Below are positions 10,101-18,740 of a DNA stretch of 64,000 bases, in pieces; the first letter of the stretch is position 1; each line of letters opens with the position of its first letter. The position numbers and the translations under genes were made by a program. Source of the stretch: Pedosphaera sp. (lineage in GTDB: Bacteria > Verrucomicrobiota > Verrucomicrobiia > Limisphaerales > SIBH01); contig JANOQV010000137.1 in NCBI GenBank assembly GCA_031414955.1, positions 1-64,000 on the forward strand, in the 5' to 3' direction. Under the pieces are notes generated by a model, which saw only the letters and a program-made list of their open reading frames with translations, did no database searches and was not told where the DNA came from.

Positions 10101-10695
10101 GCTGGACTGGCCGTTTCTGCCCGGATCCTTTTTCGGGGTGCAGGCCGAATGGTTGCGCGCGGATGCCTCGCATCAGATTGGTGTCTTCGATTTCACGATT
10201 GTGCCGGAGCGCTTCGAGGCTGCGACGACACGCGAGAATCTGAATTACGACGAGCGCTCCATTTCGGCCGTGCTCGCCCATCATTTCACCACCGAACTCA
10301 CTGCGGGTGTGCGCTATCGCTTCACTCAGTCGGAACTCGATCGCAGTCTGAGCGAAGTTTCAACCGCAGTTTATCCCGGTGCCAAAAACCATGAAGAAGC
10401 GGACCTTCATCAGCTCACGCTCTTCCTGAAGCAGGAATATGCCGACGGACTTTACTGCATCTTCCAGGCACGCTGGAACCATCAGGACAACGAAGGCTAC
10501 ACACCGATCCGTCCTGTTGAGGATTTCTGGCAGTTCGATGTCTTCGTCGGCTGGCGCTTCTGGCGCAACCATGTGGATACCACGCTCGGCCTGATCAATT
10601 TCACCGACCAGGACTATCGCTTGAACCCGCTCACGCCGCATAACGACATTTCCCGTCAGCGTGAATTCGTCGCGCGCCTGCGTTTCAATTTCTAA
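7111..10695 (+). CDS. FecR-domain / TPR / TonB-dependent-receptor-like beta-barrel fusion protein
   Basis: FecR motif VETPAVRAGIDGTEF...TLIDGRV; a run of TPR helices; amphipathic beta-strand C-terminal half ending in Phe (RLRFNF). Start uncertain (7060/7111/7138). Confidence 0.82.
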   Translation: MNPLGALQEMTRAASSTVLGTRSRLFRRWFSVVGLLALSTILPANAQTKSPAGVLLSRQGPVEFAAAARSNWISPTNAQRLVAQDRLRTLALAQAAVEMQDLSIVRLKEWTTLEMLAPREASAKAEFSLKVGAAYFLHRNEPRQIGVETPAVRAGIDGTEFHLLVEADGRTTLTLIDGRVTLSNPFGTLQLVSGEQAVTVPGQAPVKTARIDARNIIQWCIYYPGVLDPDELGWSAAETAALATSLSAYRNGDLLQASATYPEARLVQPRSPAERAFHLGLQLSSGRVTNYTDFVAQLSALEPNPLASALRTLVAAVNSETNFVQPTATNASQLLANSYLRQSRYQLADALKDARAAVLRAPNFGFAWARVAELEFSLGRLPRAEEALKEALRLAPRNAQSHALNGFFLLSRDQLDEALKAFDATITIDMRLGNAWLGRGLALLRQRRATEGLQAIEQAAAMEPNRWLLRSYLGKAFSLAADARQPDEKRARFLMLAEEELDLAKRQDPLDPTPWLYSALLHEQENRTVEAVRDLEKSVALNDNRQVFRSRLLLDEDRAVRNANLARVYQRAGLLELSLQQAARAVTENYADYNPHRFLADSYNALRDPKRVNLRDEAIWSSETLIANLLGAGGGGSLSRFVSEQEYSTQFRETGTGLFNATEYGSNGDWRETASQFGTFDKFSYAFDVEYQHVNGDQPNTDLDRLEWFTQAKFKLSRDDSIFVQTKYQDLSSGDVIQYYDPTQARKDLRFSEKQEPLVFAGYQHQWAEGIQTLFLAGRLVNDLRYRDLEVNEYVFIRDAAAAPVIAVDTTRYDLDYENRFETYTVELNQMLKFDRQTFIAGARYQNGSYETANQITDVLGAGAALEPSPSGDQNSSMERIATYLYDTVEVLPQCYLTAGVSYDRLRYPENLRNTPVSVGETERDQISPKAGLQWTPFSRVTLRAAYAQSLTGVSFEDSVRLEPTQLAGFIQSFRNIVPESLAGSISGGRHETVGLALDWPFLPGSFFGVQAEWLRADASHQIGVFDFTIVPERFEAATTRENLNYDERSISAVLAHHFTTELTAGVRYRFTQSELDRSLSEVSTAVYPGAKNHEEADLHQLTLFLKQEYADGLYCIFQARWNHQDNEGYTPIRPVEDFWQFDVFVGWRFWRNHVDTTLGLINFTDQDYRLNPLTPHNDISRQREFVARLRFNF

Positions 10696-10713
10696 CCAGC
10701 ACCACGCCGCTTC

Positions 10714-12762
10714 ATGCCCGCCCTCAGCCTCACGCGACAGAAACGACTCGGCCTGCTGGGTGGCGTGCTAATCATTCCGTTGCTTGGACTCGCCTGCCTC
10801 ACGCTCAACTTCGGGGCCGGCCTCGCGGATTGGAGCTACGATCTCCCCTTCCTTTGGCGCACGGCTGTGGACTCGCCCAAAGCGGTGATTGTCTATCTCG
10901 ATCGTGACAGCCAGCAACGGCTCGCGCAGAAGGACGGACCCTGGGATCGCTCCCTGCACGCGCGACTGATCGAGAGGCTCGCGGACGAAAAGGCCGCGCT
11001 TGTTTTCGCCGACGTGTTCTTCGAGACCGAACGTGATCCGGCCTCGGACCGCCGGCTGTCCGAGGCCATGCGCCGCCACGGACGCGTGGTGCTGGGCAGC
11101 CGCCTGGTCGAATCCTCCGCGAATGCGACCGGCAACGCGGGCGCAGCGACGTCGGAATTGCGCCAGCCCATTCCCGCCTTGCGCGAAGCGGCCGCTGGCG
11201 TCGGTTTGCTTATGCTCGCGCAGGAACCCATCCAGCGCCGCCTGTTCACCGGAACGCCGGAACGCGAATCGGCGACCTGGATCGCCGCGCGCCTGGCCGG
11301 AGCCAGGCTTCCGTCCACCACCAGAGATCGCCTCGCGCCCCGCTGGTTGAATTTTCACGGGCCCGCGAACCAATTCGCCTCCGTGAGTCTGGCCCAGGCG
11401 TTGGAACCGGGTGGCCTGCCCAAGGATTTCTTTCGCGGAAAGTTCGTGTTCATCGGTGGACACCCCGCCGCCTTTCCGGGCGAGAGTTTCGCCACGCCCT
11501 ACAATCGATTCGTCCGGGAGGAACCGGCGCGCACGCACGACGCGTCCTCCAACCGCGCGCGTGCCCGCCTCGACAATGGCCTCTTCAGCGGAGTGGAGAT
11601 TCACGCCACGGCCTTCCTGAATCTCCAGCACGGCGAAACGCTGCGGCGTATTGCCACCGGCTGGCAGACGTTCCTCGTCATCGCTTGCGGCGCCGCGCTG
11701 GGCGGCGGACTTCTCACCCTGCGTCCCTGGTCCGCCACCATCGCCATGCTGGCTGCGGGCCTGTTGATCGCCGTCGTTTCGTTTTACCTGCCGTGGCACC
11801 GGAATCTTTGGTGGTCCTGGCTCGTGCCGGTGGCCGTGCAGGCGCCCGCCGCGCTGCTTTGGGCCATCGGTTATCAATACGCGGTGGAGGGCCGCCGCCG
11901 TCGCCAGTTGCAACGCGCCTTCGGCCTGTATCTGCCCCAACATCTCGCCCGCCGCGTGGCCGAGAGCGATTTCGACCCCGCGCTCGGTGGCGTGGAAGTG
12001 CAGGCCACCATCCTCTTTACCGACCTGCAGGGCTTCACTCCCATGTCGGAGAATCTTCCGCCCGGCGAAGTCTCCCGCATTCTCACGAGCTACTTCAACC
12101 AGACCACCCGCCACATTCACGAACAGGATGGCGCGATCATCCAATACGTCGGCGACGCCGTGATGGCGGTGTGGGGTGCGCCTCTCGCCGTCGAAAACCC
12201 CGAGGAACGGGCCGTGATCGCTGCCTGCGGCATCATCGAGTCTGGCCGCGGCGAATTCCACGGGCGCCGCCTGCGCACCCGTATCGGCATCAACTCGGGA
12301 CGCGCGCTCGCCGGAAACTTGGGCTCCGATTTCCGCTTCGATTACGCCGTCATCGGGGCCACGACCAATCTGGCGGCGCGCCTCGAAAAGATGAACCACG
12401 ACTTGGGCACCGACGTCCTCATCACCGAGGCAACGCGCCGGAACTTGAGCGACCGTATCCAGGTGCGTCACCTCGGCCAGTTCCTCGCCAAAGGCATTTC
12501 CAAACCGTTCCGTGTCTATGAAGTTTTGGGCACGGGGAAAGCCGGGCCGACGGCACCGGCGTGGGTCAGTCATTTCGAGAAAGCCTTGTCCGCCCTGGAA
12601 ATTCGTGAGTGGGACAGAGCCGTGGATCTGTTCACCCAGGTCATATCAGATCGCAGCGGCCAGGATGGTCCCTCCCGCTTCTTTCTCGAACAAATTTCGC
12701 ATCTGCGTGAGGACGAGTCACGCGGGACGGTGTGGGATGGTGTCATACGCCCCATCGGTTGA
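10714..12762 (+). CDS. CHASE2-domain class III nucleotide cyclase
   Basis: CHASE2 motifs (PWDRSLHARLI, FADVFF, GVEIHATAFLN), three TM helices, cyclase motifs ILFTDLQGFT, YVGDAVMA, RIGINSG, NLAARLE, then a C-terminal TPR-like region ending WDGV. Confidence 0.9.
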   Translation: MPALSLTRQKRLGLLGGVLIIPLLGLACLTLNFGAGLADWSYDLPFLWRTAVDSPKAVIVYLDRDSQQRLAQKDGPWDRSLHARLIERLADEKAALVFADVFFETERDPASDRRLSEAMRRHGRVVLGSRLVESSANATGNAGAATSELRQPIPALREAAAGVGLLMLAQEPIQRRLFTGTPERESATWIAARLAGARLPSTTRDRLAPRWLNFHGPANQFASVSLAQALEPGGLPKDFFRGKFVFIGGHPAAFPGESFATPYNRFVREEPARTHDASSNRARARLDNGLFSGVEIHATAFLNLQHGETLRRIATGWQTFLVIACGAALGGGLLTLRPWSATIAMLAAGLLIAVVSFYLPWHRNLWWSWLVPVAVQAPAALLWAIGYQYAVEGRRRRQLQRAFGLYLPQHLARRVAESDFDPALGGVEVQATILFTDLQGFTPMSENLPPGEVSRILTSYFNQTTRHIHEQDGAIIQYVGDAVMAVWGAPLAVENPEERAVIAACGIIESGRGEFHGRRLRTRIGINSGRALAGNLGSDFRFDYAVIGATTNLAARLEKMNHDLGTDVLITEATRRNLSDRIQVRHLGQFLAKGISKPFRVYEVLGTGKAGPTAPAWVSHFEKALSALEIREWDRAVDLFTQVISDRSGQDGPSRFFLEQISHLREDESRGTVWDGVIRPIG

Positions 12763-12976
12763 AGCACAAGCCTGGAGAGCAGGGCATGAATACCGGCCTC
12801 CTAGTCGCTGGGCCGGAGAAAATGCAAACGCCGGAGTTGAAGGAAATAGTCGCTCTGGGGCTGGAGCCGCATTAAAAACCATTCCCGCCGCACGGCTTCA
12901 CCAGACGGGACCAGCATGGCCCGGCAAAGTCCAAAAGCATTGCCCACTTAGGGTCGCCTTCCCTACGCTCCGGCGC

Positions 12977-13957
12977 ATGAAGCCAATGAGAATTCTTGCC
13001 ATCGGCGCGTTACTTGCCGGGCTGCCACTCTTCGCCGCCGACACTTATACCATCGCCGTGATCCCGAAAGGCTCGACGCATGAGCATTGGAAGACGGTCC
13101 ATGCCGGAGCCTTGAAAGCGCAGCGGGAACTGGAGGCGAAGGGCGTGAAGGTGGACGTGATGTGGCAGGCGCCGTTGCGCGAGGATGATCGGGATTACCA
13201 GATTCGCGTGGTCGAGAACCTGATCGCGCGCAAGGTCAACGGCATCTGCATCGCGCCGCTAGATTCGAAAGCGCTGGTGCCGCCCATCAACACGGCCACG
13301 CGGGCGAAGATTCCCATCATCGTCTTCGACTCGGCGGTGAAGTCGGACAAGCCCATCAGCTACATCGCCACGGACAATTACAAGGGCGGCGTGCTGGGCG
13401 CGGAGCATCTGGGCAAACTTTTGGGCGGCAAGGGCAACATCATCCTGCTGCGCTACGCCATCGGTTCCGCCGCGACCGAGGAGCGGGAGTCCGGTTTCCT
13501 TGACACGGTGAAGGCGAAGTTCCCCGACTTGAAACTGATTTCCAGTGACCAATACGGCGGTGCGACACGCGAGACGGCTTACCAGGTTTCGCAGAACCTT
13601 TTGAACCGCCACGGCAAGAACGTGGACGGCATCTTCTGCGTCAACGAAACGCTCACCGTGGGCATGAACATGGCCCTGCGGAACATCGGGCGCGCGGGCG
13701 GCACGGTGAAACTGGTCGGCTTCGATGTGGGCACCGCCGCGGTGGAGGCGCTGAAGAAGGGCGACGTGCAGGGTCTGGTCGTCCAGAACCCGCTCCGCAT
13801 GGGCTACGACTGCGTGATGACGATGGTGGCGCACCTGCAAGGCCAGAAGGTGGAGGCGAAAATTGACACCGGCGTCTATCTGGTCACCCCGGCGAATATC
13901 AACGAGCCGGACATGCAGAAGCTGATCAAGCCACCGTTGGATGAGTATTTGAAATAA
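12977..13957 (+). CDS. Sugar ABC transporter substrate-binding protein (RbsB family), paralogue 2
   Basis: Colinear homologue of 4311-5294. ATG 12977 is preceded by TTGCCC-N18-TACGCT; the upstream extension in the ORF track looks spurious. Confidence 0.9.
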   Translation: MKPMRILAIGALLAGLPLFAADTYTIAVIPKGSTHEHWKTVHAGALKAQRELEAKGVKVDVMWQAPLREDDRDYQIRVVENLIARKVNGICIAPLDSKALVPPINTATRAKIPIIVFDSAVKSDKPISYIATDNYKGGVLGAEHLGKLLGGKGNIILLRYAIGSAATEERESGFLDTVKAKFPDLKLISSDQYGGATRETAYQVSQNLLNRHGKNVDGIFCVNETLTVGMNMALRNIGRAGGTVKLVGFDVGTAAVEALKKGDVQGLVVQNPLRMGYDCVMTMVAHLQGQKVEAKIDTGVYLVTPANINEPDMQKLIKPPLDEYLK

Positions 13958-14017
13958 TCGCAGAGCCGCCGAGGCACGAACCCATTGGCCGTGCTTCCTG
14001 CGTATCTCTGTGCCTCT

Positions 14018-15541
14018 ATGGCGATGCCCCCCTCCCGTCTCCAAATGTCCGGCGTGCAGAAGGCGTTCGGCGCCACACGCGCCTTAAGGAATGTTTCCTT
14101 CGCCGTCGCGCCCGGCGAAGTCCACGCCCTCATCGGCGAGAACGGCGCGGGCAAGAGCACGTTAATGAAGATTCTCAGCGGCGCCTATCGCGCGGATGCC
14201 GGGACGATTGCAATCGATGGCCAGCCGTTCACGCCGGAGAATCCCCATCACGCGCGGCGCGGCGGGATCGCGATGATTTACCAGGAACTGACCCTCGCCC
14301 CGCACTTGAGCGTGGAGGAGAACATTCTGCTCGGCGCGGAACCAGCGACGCTGGGTTGGTTGAACCGCTCCAAGCGCCGGGACCTGGCACGCCGGGCGTT
14401 GGCAGAACTGCACAGTGAAAGCATTCCCTTGTCCTCGCTCGTCTCCGCGCTCTTGGTCGCACAGCAACAAATCGTGGAAATCGCCCGCGCCCTCATCGGC
14501 GAGCCGAAGGTGCTGGTGATGGATGAACCGACAAGCAGCCTCACCCAGGTCGATGCCGAGAATTTGTTTCAAGTGGTCGGCCGGTTACGCACGCGGGGGG
14601 TGAGCGTGATTTACATCAGTCACTTTCTCGAAGAGTGCCAGCGCCTTTGCCAGCGCTACACCGTGCTACGCGATGGCGAGAGCGTGGGCACTGGGGACAT
14701 GGCCTCCGTGAGGCTCCCGGAAATCATCCGGCTGATGGTGGGCCGCGATTTGGCGGAGATTTATCCACGCACCCCACATCAACTCGGTGGGGCGGTGCTG
14801 GAAGTGCGAAACATCTCCGCCCGGCCCAAACCCCGCTCGGTCAGCTTCACCCTGCGCGAGGGGGAAATCCTCGGCCTCGCCGGGTTGGTTGGCGCCGGGC
14901 GCACGGAAACCTTGCGCGCGCTCTTTGGACTGGATCGGATTCGCGATGGCGTGGTGCTGGTCAACGGGGAAGAGCGCACTCACGCCAATCCTTCCTCGCG
15001 ACTGCGCGACGGCATCGGGCTGTTGAGCGAGAACCGCAAAGAGGAAGGCCTGATGCTGAATCGCTCGCTGGCCGACAACCTCACCATCACGCGCTTCGCG
15101 CCGGTGGCCCAGGCGGGGTTCGTGCGCACCTCACGCCAGGGACGATGCACGCAGGACTGGATGGAGAAGCTGCAAGTTCGCGCGCGTGATGCCGCTCAGC
15201 CCATCTCCGAACTCTCGGGAGGCAACCAGCAAAAGATCGCCATTGGCCGCCTGCTTCATCACGAGGCGAAGATTTTTCTCCTCGATGAACCCACGCGTGG
15301 CATTGACGTGGGGAGCAAGGCGCAGGTTTACCGGCTCATGGGGGAGCTGGCGGCGCAGGGAAAATCCATTGTCTTCGTCAGCTCTTATCTTCCAGAACTG
15401 CTCGGCGTGTGCGACACCATCGCCGTGATGTGCCGGGGGGTTTTGAGCGAAGTGAAACCCGTGAGCGAGTGGACGGAGCACAGCATCATCGCGACGGCCG
15501 TGGGGACCTCGGACAGTAATGCATTGAGGATTGAGGATTGA
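14018..15541 (+). CDS. Sugar ABC transporter ATP-binding protein (RbsA family, two ABC domains)
   Basis: GENGAGKSTL, MDEPTSSL, LSGGNQQK, LDEPTRGIDVG. Start 14018 or 14024. Confidence 0.92.
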   Translation: MAMPPSRLQMSGVQKAFGATRALRNVSFAVAPGEVHALIGENGAGKSTLMKILSGAYRADAGTIAIDGQPFTPENPHHARRGGIAMIYQELTLAPHLSVEENILLGAEPATLGWLNRSKRRDLARRALAELHSESIPLSSLVSALLVAQQQIVEIARALIGEPKVLVMDEPTSSLTQVDAENLFQVVGRLRTRGVSVIYISHFLEECQRLCQRYTVLRDGESVGTGDMASVRLPEIIRLMVGRDLAEIYPRTPHQLGGAVLEVRNISARPKPRSVSFTLREGEILGLAGLVGAGRTETLRALFGLDRIRDGVVLVNGEERTHANPSSRLRDGIGLLSENRKEEGLMLNRSLADNLTITRFAPVAQAGFVRTSRQGRCTQDWMEKLQVRARDAAQPISELSGGNQQKIAIGRLLHHEAKIFLLDEPTRGIDVGSKAQVYRLMGELAAQGKSIVFVSSYLPELLGVCDTIAVMCRGVLSEVKPVSEWTEHSIIATAVGTSDSNALRIED

Positions 15542-15557
15542 GGATTGGAGAATGAAG
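15523..15557 (+). repeat. Heptamer tandem repeat (ATTGAGG)x3 ATTGGAG AATGAAG, left flank of the four-helix-bundle gene
   Basis: Read directly. 15535-15551 is the exact reverse complement of 15954-15970. Confidence 0.9.
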
Positions 15558-15565
15558 ATGGCCGC

Positions 15566-15982
15566 ATGACACCGAGCGAACTTTCTGAGCGGTTGTGGAA
15601 TTTTTCCGTGCGCGTGGCGAAAGTCGTTGATACTCTTCCAGACACGCGCATGGGTCGCCACCTTGCGGGCCAGCTCTGCCGGTGTGGAACTTCAAGCGCG
15701 CCCAATTATGATGAAGTTTCCGTGGCTGAAAGCCGGGCTGATTTTGTTCACAAGATCAACATCGCTTGGAAAGAGATGCGAGAGACACGCGGTTGGCTGC
15801 GCTTCATCGGCAAGCTGGAAATGCTGCCGGTAAAACGCATTGCTCTACTGGTCGATGAGAGCGAGCAATTGTCACGGATTCTCACATCTTCGATTGCCAC
15901 TGCCAAAGGGAAGCCAAAGCCTGAACGAATCGCACCACCCGTCCCGTCAACAATCTCCAATCCTCAATCCCTTGTCCGATGA
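15566..15982 (+). CDS. Four helix bundle protein (23S rRNA IVP-like family)
   Basis: LSERLWNFSVRV...LAGQLCRCGTSSAPNYDE...ESRADFVHK..IAWKEMRETRGWL. Confidence 0.88.
   Translation: MTPSELSERLWNFSVRVAKVVDTLPDTRMGRHLAGQLCRCGTSSAPNYDEVSVAESRADFVHKINIAWKEMRETRGWLRFIGKLEMLPVKRIALLVDESEQLSRILTSSIATAKGKPKPERIAPPVPSTISNPQSLVR
15954..15970 (-). repeat. Inverted heptamer repeat, right flank of the four-helix-bundle gene
   Basis: TCTCCAATCCTCAATCC is the reverse complement of GGATTGAGGATTGGAGA (15535-15551). Confidence 0.9.
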
Positions 15983-16953
15983 GGCGACCGACTATTCGTC
16001 AATTATTGACCCTGCTCGGCCCCTTTCTCGGCCTCGCATTTGTCATCGCGGTTTTTTCCACGAAACCCGAGGTGCGCGCCGTCTTTCTCACCGGCGGCAA
16101 TTTCAAAATCATCTTCACGCAAACCGTCATCGTCGCCCTCGGCGCGCTGGGCATGACGCTGATCATCGTGAGCGGCGGGATCGATCTGAGTGTCGGCTCG
16201 ATCGTGGCTCTGACCAGCGTCGTGGGGGCGAAGCTGCTTTCGTTGCCGCAGCCGTGGAGTCTGCCCGCGGTGATCGCCGCCACGGTGCTGGCGGGAGGAG
16301 CGGTGGGAGCCATCAACGGTTCGCTTATCGCTGGGTTTCGCATGATGCCTTTCATTGTGACCCTTGGCATGATGGGCGTGGCGCGCGGCGCGGCCAAGTG
16401 GCTCGGGGAAAACCAGACCGTGAACTACGACGAGAACGCGACGGTCAACAACATCATGGCTTTGGACGAGCCGTACCAGTTCTTCCCCCTGCCGACGGGG
16501 GTGTGGATCACCATCATCCTGGCGGTGGTGATGACCATCGTGCTGCGGCAAACCGTCTTCGGCCGCTATGTTTTTGCCCTCGGATCCAACGAAGCCACCG
16601 CGCGGCTCTGCGGCATCCGGGTGCGGATGCAGAAGGTGATCATCTACGCGCTGGCCGGATTGCTCTTCGGTGTGGCGGGCTTGATGCAGCTCTCGCGCCT
16701 CACGCAGGGCGACCCCACGGTGGCCGTCGGACTGGAACTCGACATCATCGCCGCCGTGGTGATTGGCGGGGCCAGCCTGAGCGGCGGCACCGGGAGTATT
16801 CTCGGATCCATGATTGGCGCGGTCATCATGGCCGTGTTGCGCAACGGCTCGAACCAGATGGGCTGGCCGACTTACATGCAGGAGATCATCATCGGGATCG
16901 TGATTGTGCTCGCGGTGGCGTTGGACAAGTTCCGGCAAAGCAAACCAGGGTGA
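15979..16953 (+). CDS. Sugar ABC transporter permease (RbsC family)
   Basis: IISGGIDLSVGS-like motif, PFIVTLG, GSNEATARLCGI, ELDIIAAVVIGGASLSGG; hydrophobic throughout. Confidence 0.92.
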   Translation: MRRPTIRQLLTLLGPFLGLAFVIAVFSTKPEVRAVFLTGGNFKIIFTQTVIVALGALGMTLIIVSGGIDLSVGSIVALTSVVGAKLLSLPQPWSLPAVIAATVLAGGAVGAINGSLIAGFRMMPFIVTLGMMGVARGAAKWLGENQTVNYDENATVNNIMALDEPYQFFPLPTGVWITIILAVVMTIVLRQTVFGRYVFALGSNEATARLCGIRVRMQKVIIYALAGLLFGVAGLMQLSRLTQGDPTVAVGLELDIIAAVVIGGASLSGGTGSILGSMIGAVIMAVLRNGSNQMGWPTYMQEIIIGIVIVLAVALDKFRQSKPG

Positions 16954-17132
16954 CGAGCCGCCGGCCACCGGCCGGACACCCCGCCGTTTCTCCGCCGTTC
17001 GAGCGCAGAAAGCGGCGGGGCGAAGGCGCTATCCCCCGCGCGCCGGAGTGAGTTCGGGGTTGTTTCCAAAACACTCCGCCCGTTTCGGCGCGGCCAGGAC
17101 ACCGCGCCCTGTCCGGGCCGGAAATTACTTTA

Positions 17133-17307
17133 GAGCCGGTCTGAAAATCAGGCGGACGGAGTGCGCCCGTCTCGGGTGCAGAAGCTTGAAAAGGTGGAAG
17201 GCGCTGCAAAAATCCACGCCAGCCGCAGTTCGGGCGTTGCTGCGCCCGGGACGGGCGCACCCCGGCCAGGTCTGGTGCAACCGGATTCTGGATTTTCAGA
17301 CCGGCTC
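17133..17307. mobile_element. MITE-like element with 17-bp perfect terminal inverted repeats and a TTA target duplication
   Basis: TTA|GAGCCGGTCTGAAAATC ... GATTTTCAGACCGGCTC|TTA. Contains an internal inverted pair GGAGTGCGCCCGTCTCGGGTGCAG / CTGCGCCCGGGACGGGCGCACCCC. Confidence 0.75.
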
Positions 17308-17333
17308 TTAGCCAGCCGCCGCGGAGAGCGAAT

Positions 17334-18740
17334 TCAATTCGCCGCCTTGGGATCATTCTTCATCGGCTGGTCGGACTTGGACCGGAGCGGCCAGCGGGGT
17401 GATTCGGTGCGGGCCACCTGCAAGTAATTCTCAATCTGCGCGACCACGGCGGGGTTGGCTCGGGCCACGTTGGCGGTCTCGGCGGGGTCTTGGCTCAAAT
17501 CGTAAAGTTCGAGCGGTTGTCCCACCGCGAGGCGCACCGCTTTCCAGTGGCCCATGCGCACGGCTTGCTTGGAGCCTTGCTCGTGGAATTCCCAGTAAAG
17601 GAACTCGTGCGGCCTTTGCGTCTGGCCCAGCAGGGTGGGAAGCACGGACTGCCCGTCGAGGTTCGCGGGGGCCTTGGCCTTGACCCCGGCGATGTCGAGC
17701 GCGGTGGGGAGGAAATCCCAGAAGGCCCACGGGAAATCACTGGTGCGACCGGCGGGGATGCGCCCGGTCCAACGCACGATCATGGGCACGCGGAGGCCGC
17801 CTTCATACAGGTCGCGCTTGATCCCGCGCAACGGCCCCGAGCTTTTGAAGAACTCCGGATCCACTCCGCCTTCCTTATGCGCGCCGTTGTCGCTGGCGAA
17901 GAAGACCACGGTGTTGGTGTCGAGCTTGTAGCCTTTGAGAATGTCCAGCAGCGCGCCGATATCGCGGTCCAGGCGCGTGATCATGGCGGCCTTGTTCTTC
18001 TCGGGCTGCGGCCAGTCTTCGTTTGAATAGGGCGCGTCCGTGGGAATCTCCATGCCGTTGCCGGTCTGGCGACCCCGTTCGTTATTCGCGTGCGGAATGG
18101 TGTAGGCAAGATAGAGAAAGAACGGCTCATACTGGTTGACGCGAATGAAGTTGGTCGCGGCGCGGCTGAACAGATCGTGGATGTAAATGCGCCGGGCGTC
18201 GTCGTGGTTGAGTTCGAGCAGCATCAGGTTGTCGTTCCGCCAGATGTTGCTCGGGTAATAGGCGTGGGCGGCGGTCTGGCTCAGGTAGCCGAAGAATTCC
18301 TCGAAGCCCTTCTTGCCCGGCGTACCGGTGGTGTCCTGCAAGCCCAGCCCCCACTTGCCGATCAGGCCGGTCTTGTAGCCGGCCTGCTGGAGCAGTTGCG
18401 CCACGGTCACGTCGCTCTCCTGGAGCGGATAAGCGTCATTGCCGCGGATGCGCGTATGGCCGGTGTGCTGGCCGGTCATCAGGCTGCTACGCGATGGCGC
18501 GCAGACGGTGGTGCCCGCGTAGCAGTGGGTGAAGCGCAGGCCCTCGGCCGCAAGCCGGTCGAGGTGGGGCGTCTTGATTTTCTTCTGCCCGTAGCAGCCG
18601 AGGTCGCCGTAGCCCAGATCGTCGGCCAGGATGAAGATGATGTTCGGCGCGTGGGCGCGGAGGTCGCGAAGATTGGGAATGGCGGCAAAGCCCTGCGTCA
18701 TCGCCAGACCAAACAGGATTGATGCGAGGATCGCTTTCAT
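17334..18740 (-). CDS. Arylsulfatase (Cys-type, formylglycine-dependent)
   Basis: PNIIFILADDLGYGDLG, CAPSRSSLMTG, GKWGL, SDNG, YEGGLRVP, ELYDL..DP.E. Signal peptide from ATG 18740, which overlaps the larA stop. Confidence 0.92.
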   Translation of the reverse strand: MKAILASILFGLAMTQGFAAIPNLRDLRAHAPNIIFILADDLGYGDLGCYGQKKIKTPHLDRLAAEGLRFTHCYAGTTVCAPSRSSLMTGQHTGHTRIRGNDAYPLQESDVTVAQLLQQAGYKTGLIGKWGLGLQDTTGTPGKKGFEEFFGYLSQTAAHAYYPSNIWRNDNLMLLELNHDDARRIYIHDLFSRAATNFIRVNQYEPFFLYLAYTIPHANNERGRQTGNGMEIPTDAPYSNEDWPQPEKNKAAMITRLDRDIGALLDILKGYKLDTNTVVFFASDNGAHKEGGVDPEFFKSSGPLRGIKRDLYEGGLRVPMIVRWTGRIPAGRTSDFPWAFWDFLPTALDIAGVKAKAPANLDGQSVLPTLLGQTQRPHEFLYWEFHEQGSKQAVRMGHWKAVRLAVGQPLELYDLSQDPAETANVARANPAVVAQIENYLQVARTESPRWPLRSKSDQPMKNDPKAAN

